37,825 nucleotides of DNA, taken from positions 1-37,825 of the IMG/VR virus record IMGVR_UViG_3300045988_165575; one strand, 5' to 3'. A program made the position numbers and the translations under genes. Shown here piece after piece: positions 1 through 7,870 of this stretch. The notes beneath the pieces were generated by a model. The model did not search any database, was not told where the DNA came from, and was given only the letters and a program-made list of their open reading frames with translations. This DNA is from a virus. Positions within the stretch are counted from its first letter, which is position 1, and each line of letters opens with the position of its first letter.

Positions 1-45
1 CTTTTAATCAAGGTGTCCGGAGTTCGAATCTCCGATGGATCACCA
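1..45 (+). tRNA. 3' part (positions 32-76) of a tRNA, anticodon loop consistent with Lys-UUU; 5' half lies upstream of the window
   Basis: The 45 nt parse exactly as: loop cuUUUaa, stem strand tcaag, variable loop gtgtc, T arm cggag/ttcgaat/ctccg, acceptor strand atggatc, discriminator a, CCA. Confidence 0.7.
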
Positions 46-52
46 AAGAGAA
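1..52. repeat. attL core (direct repeat copy 1)
   Basis: Identical to 37774-37825. The true repeat length may be larger because the window is cut at both ends. Confidence 0.85.
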
Positions 53-96
53 ATCCCGAAACCGTTGATATATAACAGTTTCGGGATTTTAATTTT
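51..96 (+). terminator. Rho-independent terminator downstream of the tRNA
   Basis: Stem aaatcccgaaac (51-62) pairs with gtttcgggattt (78-89) and is followed by taatttt. Confidence 0.7.
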
Positions 97-142
97 GTTC
101 ATGGCAGAGCCACGCATTTTTCTCATACGTCCTCAAAACAGC

Positions 143-177
143 TGATTTTTTAACGGTTGGGAACAAATTGTGAACAC
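143..177. repeat. 35-bp perfect direct repeat, left copy (candidate attP arm site)
   Basis: tgattttttaacggttgggaacaaattgtgaacac is identical to 37688-37722. Confidence 0.8.
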
Positions 178-184
178 TTTTCTA

Positions 185-212
185 TTGCAATTACAAAGAA
201 TTGTGCTATAAT
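185..212 (+). promoter_or_regulatory. Sigma-A-type promoter pointing inward from attL
   Basis: TTGCAA (185-190), a 16-nt spacer ending in TGc, and TATAAT (207-212). Confidence 0.45.
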
Positions 213-218
213 GCACTT

Positions 219-335
219 AAAGAGCCTCCGGCTCTATATCCTATTTCACGCGGCTCTCGGTCTGACCGAGGGCTGCGCACTTTATAAAGCAGAAAGCCGG
301 GCAGAGGAAAATCCCCTGCCCGGTTGTGTTTTAAA
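219..335 (+). ncRNA. Candidate small RNA (about 115 nt) between the promoter at 185-212 and the bidirectional hairpin at 297-323
   Basis: Three hairpins are visible: agagcc/ggctct (231-246), ctcggt/accgag (about 255-270) and ccgggcag/ctgcccgg (297-323), followed by ttgtgtttta. No RBS-led ORF is present. Confidence 0.3.
291..323 (-). terminator. Terminator of the late/lysis operon
   Basis: On the minus strand, CCGGGCAGgggattttcctCTGCCCGG is followed by ctttctgcttt, directly after the 31-aa ORF. Confidence 0.65.
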
Positions 336-426
336 TCGCGCCGAAAATCTTGAGGATCTGCACGACCGCCCAAGCGCCGTAAAGCCCGAGCAAATTCAGC
401 AGATTATAGATGATTGCTGTTATCAT
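331..426 (-). CDS. 31-aa hydrophobic peptide (MITAIIYNLLNLLGLYGAWAVVQILKIFGAI)
   Basis: The ATG lies 7 nt after a GGAGGT that sits in the last codons of the endolysin gene. The ORF ends just before the operon terminator. It is below the ORF-track size cutoff. Confidence 0.4.
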   Translation of the reverse strand: MITAIIYNLLNLLGLYGAWAVVQILKIFGAI

Positions 427-429
427 ATA

Positions 430-1350
430 TTATACCTCCGTAAGGTTTGAAACCGCAACCCACGACGATATGTCGCTGAGCAGTGCTTCTTTTACGCCTT
501 TGTTTGTCTGTATCTTTGATACCTTGTGTTTTGTCGGTGCAAGCTGAGCAGCGGGAACAAGCTTTCCTCTTGTGCCGCTCAAGCCCCCGTAAACTGCGCC
601 CTTTTTGATAGTAACTGTGCTGCCGACGGCGATTCCTTTTTTAGAAGCCGATACAACGGTTATATCCTTGAGATATACCCAGCTGCTGATTTCTCTCAGC
701 AGTGCCTTATTGTCCTGTATCTTGCTCACGGTATGTCTGCGCAGCTTTACCCAAGCAGGAATACGCTGCCCGGTTGCATAGATACTTCCGGTTATTTTCA
801 CTTTATCACCGACAGCAATTTTCGATGTTGCCGTCGGTTTCTTCTGCGGAGCACTCGCACTCGCGTAGGTTATCCACGGGCACTTTCCCCAATGCACCCA
901 CGGTCGACTGTGCAGAGCCGTTCTCACAACGCCTCCGCCGCAGCTCACGGTGCATTCTATTACATATCCGTTGCCTTCATAGATCCCGACATGGCCGTCC
1001 ATGAACACGAGAATACCGGGTATTTCGGGGAGTTTGCCTATGTTTCCGTGCTCAACGCACCTTGAAAGCATACCGTTAGCCGACACATCCTGCGCGGCAT
1101 TATATTTAGGCGCCGCCGTGCTGCCGTCGCTCCACAGATAGCCTTTAACGAGTCCGACACAGTCATGCACCCTTTTGCCGACATCTTTCTTACACTCGGC
1201 ATATCTGGCGTTGGTGTAAAAGGATGGGTACTGATGGCGCTTTGAATCGAGCAACGCCTGCGTTCCGGTCTGCCCGAAGGTGCCGTACCAGTACGGATTC
1301 CCGAGATTTGCTCTCGCATACGACACAAGCCCGGTATTAGTCTTTGTCAT
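430..1350 (-). CDS. Endolysin: NlpC/P60 peptidase domain plus two C-terminal SH3b-like repeats
   Basis: DCVGLV (catalytic Cys) and GHVGIY (His) motifs are present. Two C-terminal repeats have the form GDKV/GSTV...VSKIQ...ISSWV. The start was moved to ATG 1350, which has an AAAGGAGAG RBS. Confidence 0.85.
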   Translation of the reverse strand: MTKTNTGLVSYARANLGNPYWYGTFGQTGTQALLDSKRHQYPSFYTNARYAECKKDVGKRVHDCVGLVKGYLWSDGSTAAPKYNAAQDVSANGMLSRCVEHGNIGKLPEIPGILVFMDGHVGIYEGNGYVIECTVSCGGGVVRTALHSRPWVHWGKCPWITYASASAPQKKPTATSKIAVGDKVKITGSIYATGQRIPAWVKLRRHTVSKIQDNKALLREISSWVYLKDITVVSASKKGIAVGSTVTIKKGAVYGGLSGTRGKLVPAAQLAPTKHKVSKIQTNKGVKEALLSDISSWVAVSNLTEV

Positions 1351-1681
1351 TTTTACCGCTCTCCTTTTTAAGCTGCTTGTTGATCTCCGCAACCGCCGCT
1401 TCGATGAGCATGTCCATTTCGATTTCGGAAATCGTTATGCCCTTTTCATTGAGCATTTCAATAATGTTTTCCTTAACTTTTGCAAGCTTTTCAGCCCCGT
1501 GTAAATCTTTATACAGCTGTTCTGCGGCGTTTACACAGGTTCTTACCACCGCTTCTTTGGTTTTGTCCGTGGTAAATTTGGCGATGATTTTCTTCACCGC
1601 TATACCGACAAAACCGAGGATGGCTGTCAAAACCGTGTAAATCAGTGTCATACCGTACTCCGACCAAAATTCTGCAAACAT
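1337..1681 (-). CDS. Holin (LL-H-like: one N-terminal TM helix, charged C-terminus)
   Basis: The N-terminal TM is LIYTVLTAILGFVGIAV, followed by a helical charged tail. The gene overlaps the endolysin start by 14 nt. Confidence 0.6.
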   Translation of the reverse strand: MFAEFWSEYGMTLIYTVLTAILGFVGIAVKKIIAKFTTDKTKEAVVRTCVNAAEQLYKDLHGAEKLAKVKENIIEMLNEKGITISEIEMDMLIEAAVAEINKQLKKESGKNDKD

Positions 1682-1693
1682 GAAATAACCTCC

Positions 1694-1999
1694 TTATTTT
1701 TTATAAAGCTGCTGTTCGATCGTATCGATCCTGTGATGCGCCTGTTTGGCGGACGACTCGACATAGGATAGACGCTCAAGAACCTTGCTGATTTGATCGT
1801 CCTGCTTTTCCTGCTTATGCTTGATATCGTCGACGCCGCTTTTTATGTAACCGAGCTCGGTCAATATAGTGCCGTCCTTCTCGCCCTCGCCTTTGATATC
1901 ATGCTTTTCACTACGCTTGTGGGCTAAATATCCGAAGATGATCGCACACACGGTACTGACGACGCTCAATACCGTTAAGAAGATGTTCACACCACCCAT
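1694..1999 (-). CDS. Membrane-anchored coiled-coil protein of the lysis cassette
   Basis: The N-terminal TM is IFLTVLSVVSTVCAIIFGYL, followed by a charged coiled-coil region. A GGAGGTGG RBS precedes the start. Confidence 0.5.
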   Translation of the reverse strand: MGGVNIFLTVLSVVSTVCAIIFGYLAHKRSEKHDIKGEGEKDGTILTELGYIKSGVDDIKHKQEKQDDQISKVLERLSYVESSAKQAHHRIDTIEQQLYKK

Positions 2000-2054
2000 T
2001 TAACCACCTCCCCGTGCCCTATCGAAATACAGATTTTCACATTATACCTCCCCG

Positions 2055-2222
2055 TCAACCGTCATATTTTGCCAATATGCGCTCAAGCTCGGCGCCGTAT
2101 TTTTTGCGCTGTCCCTTTGGGATGTGCGCAGCTACCGCGAGCAAGTCCGCCCTGACCTCGGCCGCTTCTATTATCTTGGCCGTTGACTTCTCGACGATGT
2201 TATTAACTTCACTGATTTTCAT
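2055..2222 (-). CDS. 55-aa hypothetical protein (MKISEVNNIVEK...ILAKYDG)
   Basis: The ATG has GGAGG 8 nt upstream. The ORF fills the gap between flanking genes and is below the ORF-track cutoff. Confidence 0.5.
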   Translation of the reverse strand: MKISEVNNIVEKSTAKIIEAAEVRADLLAVAAHIPKGQRKKYGAELERILAKYDG

Positions 2223-2502
2223 CGACCGCGCCTCCTATCTGATGTAGTGCCGTCTCCATCTGCTCGGGGGTCGCTTCGCCCGTCTGCGGCTGCTCCGTCC
2301 ACACCTGCGTTATTTCTGTTTCCGTCTCCGTCCATGAGCCAACATAGCTCTTCCCGTCGGACGGACTGTCCGTTAAAATTATCGGCTTATAGCCGTACTG
2401 CAAAAGCAAATCCGGGTCGTTTGTAAACACGTCGCCGTCCGCCGTTTTTATCGGTCGCGGCGCTCCTCTGAGCTCGCCGTCCACAAGTTTTCCGTATATC
2501 AT
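2209..2502 (-). CDS. Hypothetical protein downstream of the tail fibre genes
   Basis: 97-aa ORF in the operon frame, tightly packed with its neighbours. Confidence 0.5.
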   Translation of the reverse strand: MIYGKLVDGELRGAPRPIKTADGDVFTNDPDLLLQYGYKPIILTDSPSDGKSYVGSWTETETEITQVWTEQPQTGEATPEQMETALHQIGGAVDENQ

Positions 2503-2506
2503 TTAA

Positions 2507-3130
2507 TCACCCCCATGTGAAAGAGTCTGTGCCTACATTATAGAAAGATTTTCGAGAAACCAAATCAAACATACAAGGCACGCCCTCTGTATCAAGGCAA
2601 GGCTGAAAGTCTCTTACAAGGTTATCTTGATGATAAATTTTACAAGAATAAACTTTTCCATATAAACCCGTACCGCCAACATTTTGCGCTTTAAACAAAA
2701 GCATAGGTACAGTGGAAGAAAAGTCAGATATTGTAACTCCACTGGTAAAAGAAATCGTACCATCTTCGAGCATAAATTCCATTTTTGTGCCCGAAAGCTC
2801 GGCGATATAAATAGTCTTTAATTTAAAGCCTATATAAGTTACGGCTGATGACATTCCATCCATCCGAAATAAGAACCTACCATTTGAAGCGGCATCAAAA
2901 TAAGTAGTAAATTGGTCATTTGAGTCTGAGGTAGCTCGTCCGCCTATTAAGCTCTCATACCCCCATTCATTAGCCATAAATTTTATAATTACTTTTGTAT
3001 CCTGAGAAGGTGTTATTTCGGTGTTTATCCACTGCGTGCCCGAGGACTGCAAATAATCGACTGCGGTATAGCCCACCGGCAGTCCGCTCTGCGTCTCCGC
3101 CTCTTGCCATATAAATCTGCGCCTGTTCAT
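2507..3130 (-). CDS. Putative distal tail fibre / receptor-binding protein
   Basis: 207 aa with the N-terminal motif LPVGYTAVDYLQSSGTQWINT, which I recall from prophage fibre-associated proteins. The start overlaps the upstream fibre gene stop. The region looks AT-rich by eye. Confidence 0.45.
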   Translation of the reverse strand: MNRRRFIWQEAETQSGLPVGYTAVDYLQSSGTQWINTEITPSQDTKVIIKFMANEWGYESLIGGRATSDSNDQFTTYFDAASNGRFLFRMDGMSSAVTYIGFKLKTIYIAELSGTKMEFMLEDGTISFTSGVTISDFSSTVPMLLFKAQNVGGTGLYGKVYSCKIYHQDNLVRDFQPCLDTEGVPCMFDLVSRKSFYNVGTDSFTWG

Positions 3131-4341
3131 GTGCCCTCACCGACCTTCTGAGCCGCCAGAACCTTGTCCTTGAAGCTGAGCTCCCACGTCTCGCCGTTTT
3201 TGAAATCGGGAACTGTGCCGATATATTTGGTGTCGGCGGGCAGAGTGACGGTGATATTGCCGCTCTCGGCAAAGGTCAGGCGCATCCAGCACTCGAAGGC
3301 ACCTTCCGGATAGCTTAGATTCAAGGTCGTGACATCGGTGAGGCGGTACTCGGTGTTGTCGGTGAGGGTTATGTTTGAGCCTTCAGAGATCTTTTGAGGG
3401 GTTATAAGGTTGCCATTATACGTAAGAACCCCATTAGAATCAGAAAGACCATCAAGTACAGACTTATTACTATGCTCGTGGGCTTTTTGTATAAGCCAAT
3501 CTAAAGCGCTGGATACTTTATTAATATTAGACGGGAAAGTTTCAAGAGTTGATGAAAAACCTACAACAGAAGCATCCATGTTTATAAAATTAACTGTCCA
3601 ACTATCTTGCTTATCGGCATCTATAATAAATCCCGTATTGCCGTCAAACAATATAAACTCATAACTATCTTCAAACCGTATAGTTAATGGAAGCAAATAT
3701 TGATCAGTTCCGTCTGTCGAAACTACCAAAACTTGCTTGCCCGCTTTGTAAGCCTCATCTATTTGCGCGTAGGTCTTGTCATGGGAAGTAATCGTATATG
3801 CATCTGCCCCGCTTTGCGCCTGCACATTAACAATAAAAAGTTCTGACCCTGTTGAACCTCCGCCACCTATAACCTTGCCATCGTATAGCAGCGTGCCAGT
3901 GTCATCGGCGGTCAACAGGTCAATGACCGACTTGTTATCATGGCTGTGCCGTGCGGCAGTGTTAAGAGCTATCTCGGCGGCAAGGCTGTGACTCAACCGC
4001 TCTGTACCGTCGGGGATTGACACTTTGGCCGTGCCCGTTATCATCGGCGCATAGCCGACTATCTCACCCGCTCTGAATGCGACAAGCTGCGCCGCCATAT
4101 TCCCGGGCTCGGGCACGATATCGCTCGTTATTTTGACCGTCACATAGCCGTCCGTAGGAGTCAACAGCTCAGTTTGCAAATACTCGCCAACTGTTGATTC
4201 AAAATAGACTCTGTAGCTGTCCGCGCCCTCAAGCTCTGCCGGGATAGGCAGAGCAAGCAAGGTAAAGTTATTTTCGGCTCGATATCCAACGTCATACCCG
4301 CGCGGGCGGGCATAATCAACCGTTATCGTTCTCGTTTGCAT
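3127..4341 (-). CDS. Tail fibre protein with duplicated HxHxNKSV(I/L)D motif
   Basis: The start was moved to ATG 4341 (GGAGG 9 nt upstream). HSHDNKSVIDLL and HEHSNKSVLDGL motifs are each followed by G.L.Y.G..I. Confidence 0.6.
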   Translation of the reverse strand: MQTRTITVDYARPRGYDVGYRAENNFTLLALPIPAELEGADSYRVYFESTVGEYLQTELLTPTDGYVTVKITSDIVPEPGNMAAQLVAFRAGEIVGYAPMITGTAKVSIPDGTERLSHSLAAEIALNTAARHSHDNKSVIDLLTADDTGTLLYDGKVIGGGGSTGSELFIVNVQAQSGADAYTITSHDKTYAQIDEAYKAGKQVLVVSTDGTDQYLLPLTIRFEDSYEFILFDGNTGFIIDADKQDSWTVNFINMDASVVGFSSTLETFPSNINKVSSALDWLIQKAHEHSNKSVLDGLSDSNGVLTYNGNLITPQKISEGSNITLTDNTEYRLTDVTTLNLSYPEGAFECWMRLTFAESGNITVTLPADTKYIGTVPDFKNGETWELSFKDKVLAAQKVGEGT

Positions 4342-4549
4342 TCTTTTCCGCCTCCTCGTTCTCGCCCTCCACGGGCGTTTTTTCGAGCTCTGAGAGCATA
4401 TCGGACAACAGTTCGATTTTGCCGCAGATTTTCGCAAGCTCGACCTTGTTGACTTCGAGCTGCTGCATTATTTGAGAGTTGTTCTGCTGTAGAGCTTCGC
4501 CCTGCGCTCTAAGCTCCGCGAGCTTTTGATTGATTTTTAATTTTGTCAT
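4316..4549 (-). CDS. Small coiled-coil tail-module protein
   Basis: 77 aa of heptad-like, Q/E/L-rich sequence with an acidic tail. A GGTGG RBS precedes the start. Confidence 0.5.
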   Translation of the reverse strand: MTKLKINQKLAELRAQGEALQQNNSQIMQQLEVNKVELAKICGKIELLSDMLSELEKTPVEGENEEAEKNANENDNG

Positions 4550-4577
4550 GTTGTCGCCACCTATTAATCAAGTGTTT

Positions 4578-6743
4578 TTACGTGAGCAGTTTCGCTGGGT
4601 TGCTACCAAACTGCGCATAAAGACCGTTATTGTTCACGAACAAGAGCGCGGTCTTGTTATCGCTGGTTGTTAATTTCAACGTAACTTCACCCGCTCTCGG
4701 CTGATAAAGGTCAAGTCTTGCTGTTACTTCGCTGTCTTTATTTCGTACCTCTATCGCTCCCGATGGAGTGTTAGTTTTGGGAATGCCCAACCCGAAGTCC
4801 ACCCGGCACACATTAAAAGCATCCTCGTCCGATAACCTACGATAGTGTTGCAATCCTGCGAACGTGTTGGTTTCAAAACTATTTGACACAAGCGTTCCAC
4901 TTGCCGCCGTTTTGCCCTTCGTTACAACAAAATACTCGCTCGACGAGCCGAATTTGTTTTCCGCACTACGAACGCGAAAGCCCTTATCCTCTTTGCACAC
5001 AACGTCCGTGTAAGCATCACCGCTGTCAATACGCACGCCTTTTGTGCTGTCAATGCAAATGTCATACGTCAAATTCGAAAAGGGGAAAGTCTGGCTGTCA
5101 ACAAATCCGATAAAACCCGATTTTGTTTCGCCAAGTTCTCTTTCTAATCCGAGTACAGGTAGAGGGCTTATTCCTAACGATACGTACCTGCTTGTATTGA
5201 TTATTTTAAGGTTGTATTTTGAGCCTTTAACACAAAAGACACCTGTAAGGTCTGCGTCGGACGCAATAATCTTTCCCGTGTCCAAGTTAAAGGAAAACTT
5301 CCCGGTCGGCGACGAGAGGATATCCGTAGTGATATAACTCGCGGATATTTTGTTCGCGGCAATGCTTCGGATAACCGCGTCACCGTCTTTTGATACACCG
5401 TACTCCCAGTTCGGGGATCCGTTGTTCCAACCGTTATTAGTCCAGGCATAACCGCCGGCGTTGCGGCAGTAGATAGTGTTGCTCCCCTCGAGCGTAGGCT
5501 TGTCATGGTAATAGGTTATAACCGCGCCGTTGCTGTCCGCTTTACGCGTGACATATAAGCCCATGCTGTTTGCGATGGTCTCGTTCAGCGCGAGGGTCGC
5601 CTGTTCGTAGTCGTTGATTTGCGCTACCTGTTGGGCGCGGGTCTGCTCGAGTACCGCCTGCTGCTTCGGTGTAAACGCGCCCATTGTGGCATATCCCGAC
5701 TGCGTTGCCGTTTCGCCCTTGCCCTCAAGCTTCGTGCAGCGGTTCTGTGACTGCCACTTGACATTTGTCAACACGACTTTCTTCGTCCCCTGAGCCGTCT
5801 CAAAGTTCATCACATCGAGCGGTCTGAGGTGCGGGAAAGAGTGTGTAGTGCAGGACATAGGCGTGTATGTAAGACTGCATCGCGCGGTTTTGAGTTCCGT
5901 CGCCAGTGTGCTGAGATTCATATCACTCTGCGCAAGGAGATTGCCCTCAATGTTAAAGGCATAGTCCTTTGTGCCCGCGAGGTATTCGGTCTTGTTCTCG
6001 TCGTTTCCGACGATGCGCACGCCGGAAAACACGATGTTATTTTCGGCAAAGTCTGTATTGCCGGAAGTAAAGCGATCTGAAGCTTTTATAACCGTGTGCT
6101 TGGCATTTGTCGCATACCACCCGCCTGTCAGCTTGCCATCATAGTCGATATACAGGCTCACGCCCATAAGCTCCGCAGCCCAGACAAGCACCTGACGATA
6201 GGTCAGATTGTCCGCCTCCGGGCGTTTTGGTATCGACACACCCCGATGCAAAGTGTTCGTCGGGAGTTTCTGCGACACCCCGCATTTTGTACAGGCATCG
6301 GCGATTATCTGATACAGTGTTGCAGGATAGGCAAGCTCAGTATCATAGGCTCGGTTGAACTTCGCCATGCGGTCATAAGCCGTTATTTTGATGCTTCTGA
6401 GCTTGCGCGGAGGGCTGTCCACCGTGTAATAGCCGATAGGCACTGTCTCCGTTGTCGAGCCCGTTGAAAAGCTTGTAGTGACATACAGCTGTGCGCCCTC
6501 GAACACCTTGTCGTCAAACGCGCCGTCGGTATTCTCAAGAGTAAAACTCATCTCTGACATACACGCCGAGCCCAAATCAAGCTTGCTGCCCGTGACACTC
6601 GACCAGTCCACCGTTACCGCGCCGATAATGTCTTTGTCGGTGATATTAAATGCCATGCCTTTGGTAGGCGTACAGAGAATATTGACTGACTGCACCACAT
6701 CCTCTCGCAGAGCCGCAAGCCCGGCAGAAGTTATTGGATACAT
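4578..6743 (-). CDS. Tail tip protein (Tal-like / prophage tail protein)
   Basis: 721 aa, positioned after the Dit-like gene and before the fibres. Confidence 0.55.
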   Translation of the reverse strand: MYPITSAGLAALREDVVQSVNILCTPTKGMAFNITDKDIIGAVTVDWSSVTGSKLDLGSACMSEMSFTLENTDGAFDDKVFEGAQLYVTTSFSTGSTTETVPIGYYTVDSPPRKLRSIKITAYDRMAKFNRAYDTELAYPATLYQIIADACTKCGVSQKLPTNTLHRGVSIPKRPEADNLTYRQVLVWAAELMGVSLYIDYDGKLTGGWYATNAKHTVIKASDRFTSGNTDFAENNIVFSGVRIVGNDENKTEYLAGTKDYAFNIEGNLLAQSDMNLSTLATELKTARCSLTYTPMSCTTHSFPHLRPLDVMNFETAQGTKKVVLTNVKWQSQNRCTKLEGKGETATQSGYATMGAFTPKQQAVLEQTRAQQVAQINDYEQATLALNETIANSMGLYVTRKADSNGAVITYYHDKPTLEGSNTIYCRNAGGYAWTNNGWNNGSPNWEYGVSKDGDAVIRSIAANKISASYITTDILSSPTGKFSFNLDTGKIIASDADLTGVFCVKGSKYNLKIINTSRYVSLGISPLPVLGLERELGETKSGFIGFVDSQTFPFSNLTYDICIDSTKGVRIDSGDAYTDVVCKEDKGFRVRSAENKFGSSSEYFVVTKGKTAASGTLVSNSFETNTFAGLQHYRRLSDEDAFNVCRVDFGLGIPKTNTPSGAIEVRNKDSEVTARLDLYQPRAGEVTLKLTTSDNKTALLFVNNNGLYAQFGSNPAKLLT

Positions 6744-6747
6744 AACA

Positions 6748-7143
6748 TCACCCCTTTCGCGCCACGATTTTAAAGGTCACATTGTCAACAACATTCAGAC
6801 TGCTGTTGTACAGCGGCGCACTTCTGTTGCCGACATAAAACTCTTTTGTTACATATCCGCCCTCGAGCATATTTAAGTACTTGACCGTTATATACTCCGG
6901 ATTGAACATTTTCAGAATCTTGCTCGCGTTCGCTATGGACAACCCGGAAAATTTAAGCGTTACCGCGTCGGTCTGTCCTATGCGTTTTTTGTGCATAACG
7001 ACATCTTCGGTACGCCCTGCGTCGCTGGCCGAAGCGTCCTCAAGCTCCCATTTATATCCGTCCTCTGTGTCAGGATATACCGGCATAGTTACGCCGTCCA
7101 CGGTAGCTATCGGATTGTCGCCGGGATTAAAAGCGGTTGCCAC
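6748..7143 (-). CDS. Putative distal tail protein (Dit-like, short)
   Basis: 131 aa with a GTG start and a GGTGG RBS. Assigned by position as the first tail gene after the tape measure. Sequence assignment is weak. Confidence 0.35.
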   Translation of the reverse strand: MATAFNPGDNPIATVDGVTMPVYPDTEDGYKWELEDASASDAGRTEDVVMHKKRIGQTDAVTLKFSGLSIANASKILKMFNPEYITVKYLNMLEGGYVTKEFYVGNRSAPLYNSSLNVVDNVTFKIVARKG

Positions 7144-7162
7144 TGCTGTTCCACCTTCTTTC

Positions 7163-7191
7163 TTGACATAAAAAATAAAACATGATAAATT
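7163..7191 (+). promoter_or_regulatory. Sigma-A-type promoter of the lipoprotein moron
   Basis: TTGACA (7163-7168), a 17-nt spacer ending in TGa, and TAAATT (7186-7191). An AAGGAG RBS lies at 7201-7206. Confidence 0.6.
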
Positions 7192-7214
7192 AAAAAGAAA
7201 AAGGAGAAATTCTG

Positions 7215-7823
7215 ATGAAAAAATTCATTGCTTTACTTATCGCAGGTGTTTTGCTGATTGGGCTTTGCTGATGCGGCAATTCGGCAAACACCGATTCACT
7301 GTCCACCACTTCGAACGATATCAGCAAAGTCGATTTGCCGAATGACCATTACGGCGAGGGAATGTACAAGGTCGGAAAAGATATTCCTGCCGGAGAATAC
7401 TGGATAATCGCAACAGAAAAAGACTACTCGGGATATTTTTGCGTGTCGTCCGACAGTTCCGGAGATTCGATTATCTTTAATGAAAACTTTGACACTTGGG
7501 TTTATGTCACCGTCAAAAACGGCGAGTATATAGAGATTACGCGAGCGGAAATGTGTCCGTCGGAAAAAGCTCCAGATATGCATTTCAACAGTTCCGCCGT
7601 GCTCGAAGGGATTTACAAGATTGGAAAGGATCTTCCTGCCGGAGAGTACAAGCTCGTTGCCGCTGAGGTGGGAAACGACGGTTATTACGCCGTGCTGTCT
7701 AGTTCGTACAATTACAGCGACAACATCGTTGCCAACGATAACTTCAGCAACAATGCATATATCACTGTCCAAGATGGACAATATTTGCAGATTTCCAGAG
7801 CACTTGGCGAAAAAGTAGACTGA
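7215..7823 (+). pseudogene. Lipoprotein moron with an in-frame TGA (7269-7271) between signal peptide and mature domain
   Basis: The reading frame gives MKKFIALLIAGVLLIGLC-stop-CGNSANT..., in frame with the 162-aa ORF at 7335-7823. The mature part is a tandem duplication of a G.YK.GKD.PAGEY module. Confidence 0.65.
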
Positions 7824-7843
7824 CGCAATGTTACAACAAAGGA

Positions 7844-7870
7844 AAAGCCCTCTCAATCAAGAGGGCTTTT
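7844..7870. terminator. Bidirectional hairpin terminator between the moron and the tape measure gene
   Basis: aaaagccctc (7844-7853) pairs with gagggctttt (7861-7870), and both flanks are T-rich. It overlaps the tape measure stop codon. Confidence 0.65.

Noticed and set aside
157-450. 97-aa plus-strand ORF at the attL end
   Set aside because: It has no RBS and starts inside the 35-bp repeat. It spans three hairpins and the lysis-operon terminator, and it is antisense to the 31-aa peptide ORF. It is better explained as non-coding or sRNA region.
7269-7310. Selenocysteine insertion at the TGA in the lipoprotein gene
   Set aside because: I found no SECIS-like hairpin in the 40 nt downstream. 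The cggc...cggc elements there are direct, not inverted. A Sec residue at a lipobox position has no precedent that I know of.
7296-7856. 186-aa minus-strand ORF
   Set aside because: It is an antisense shadow of the plus-strand lipoprotein gene, which has a promoter, RBS, internal domain duplication and terminator. The minus ORF has no RBS and an odd composition.
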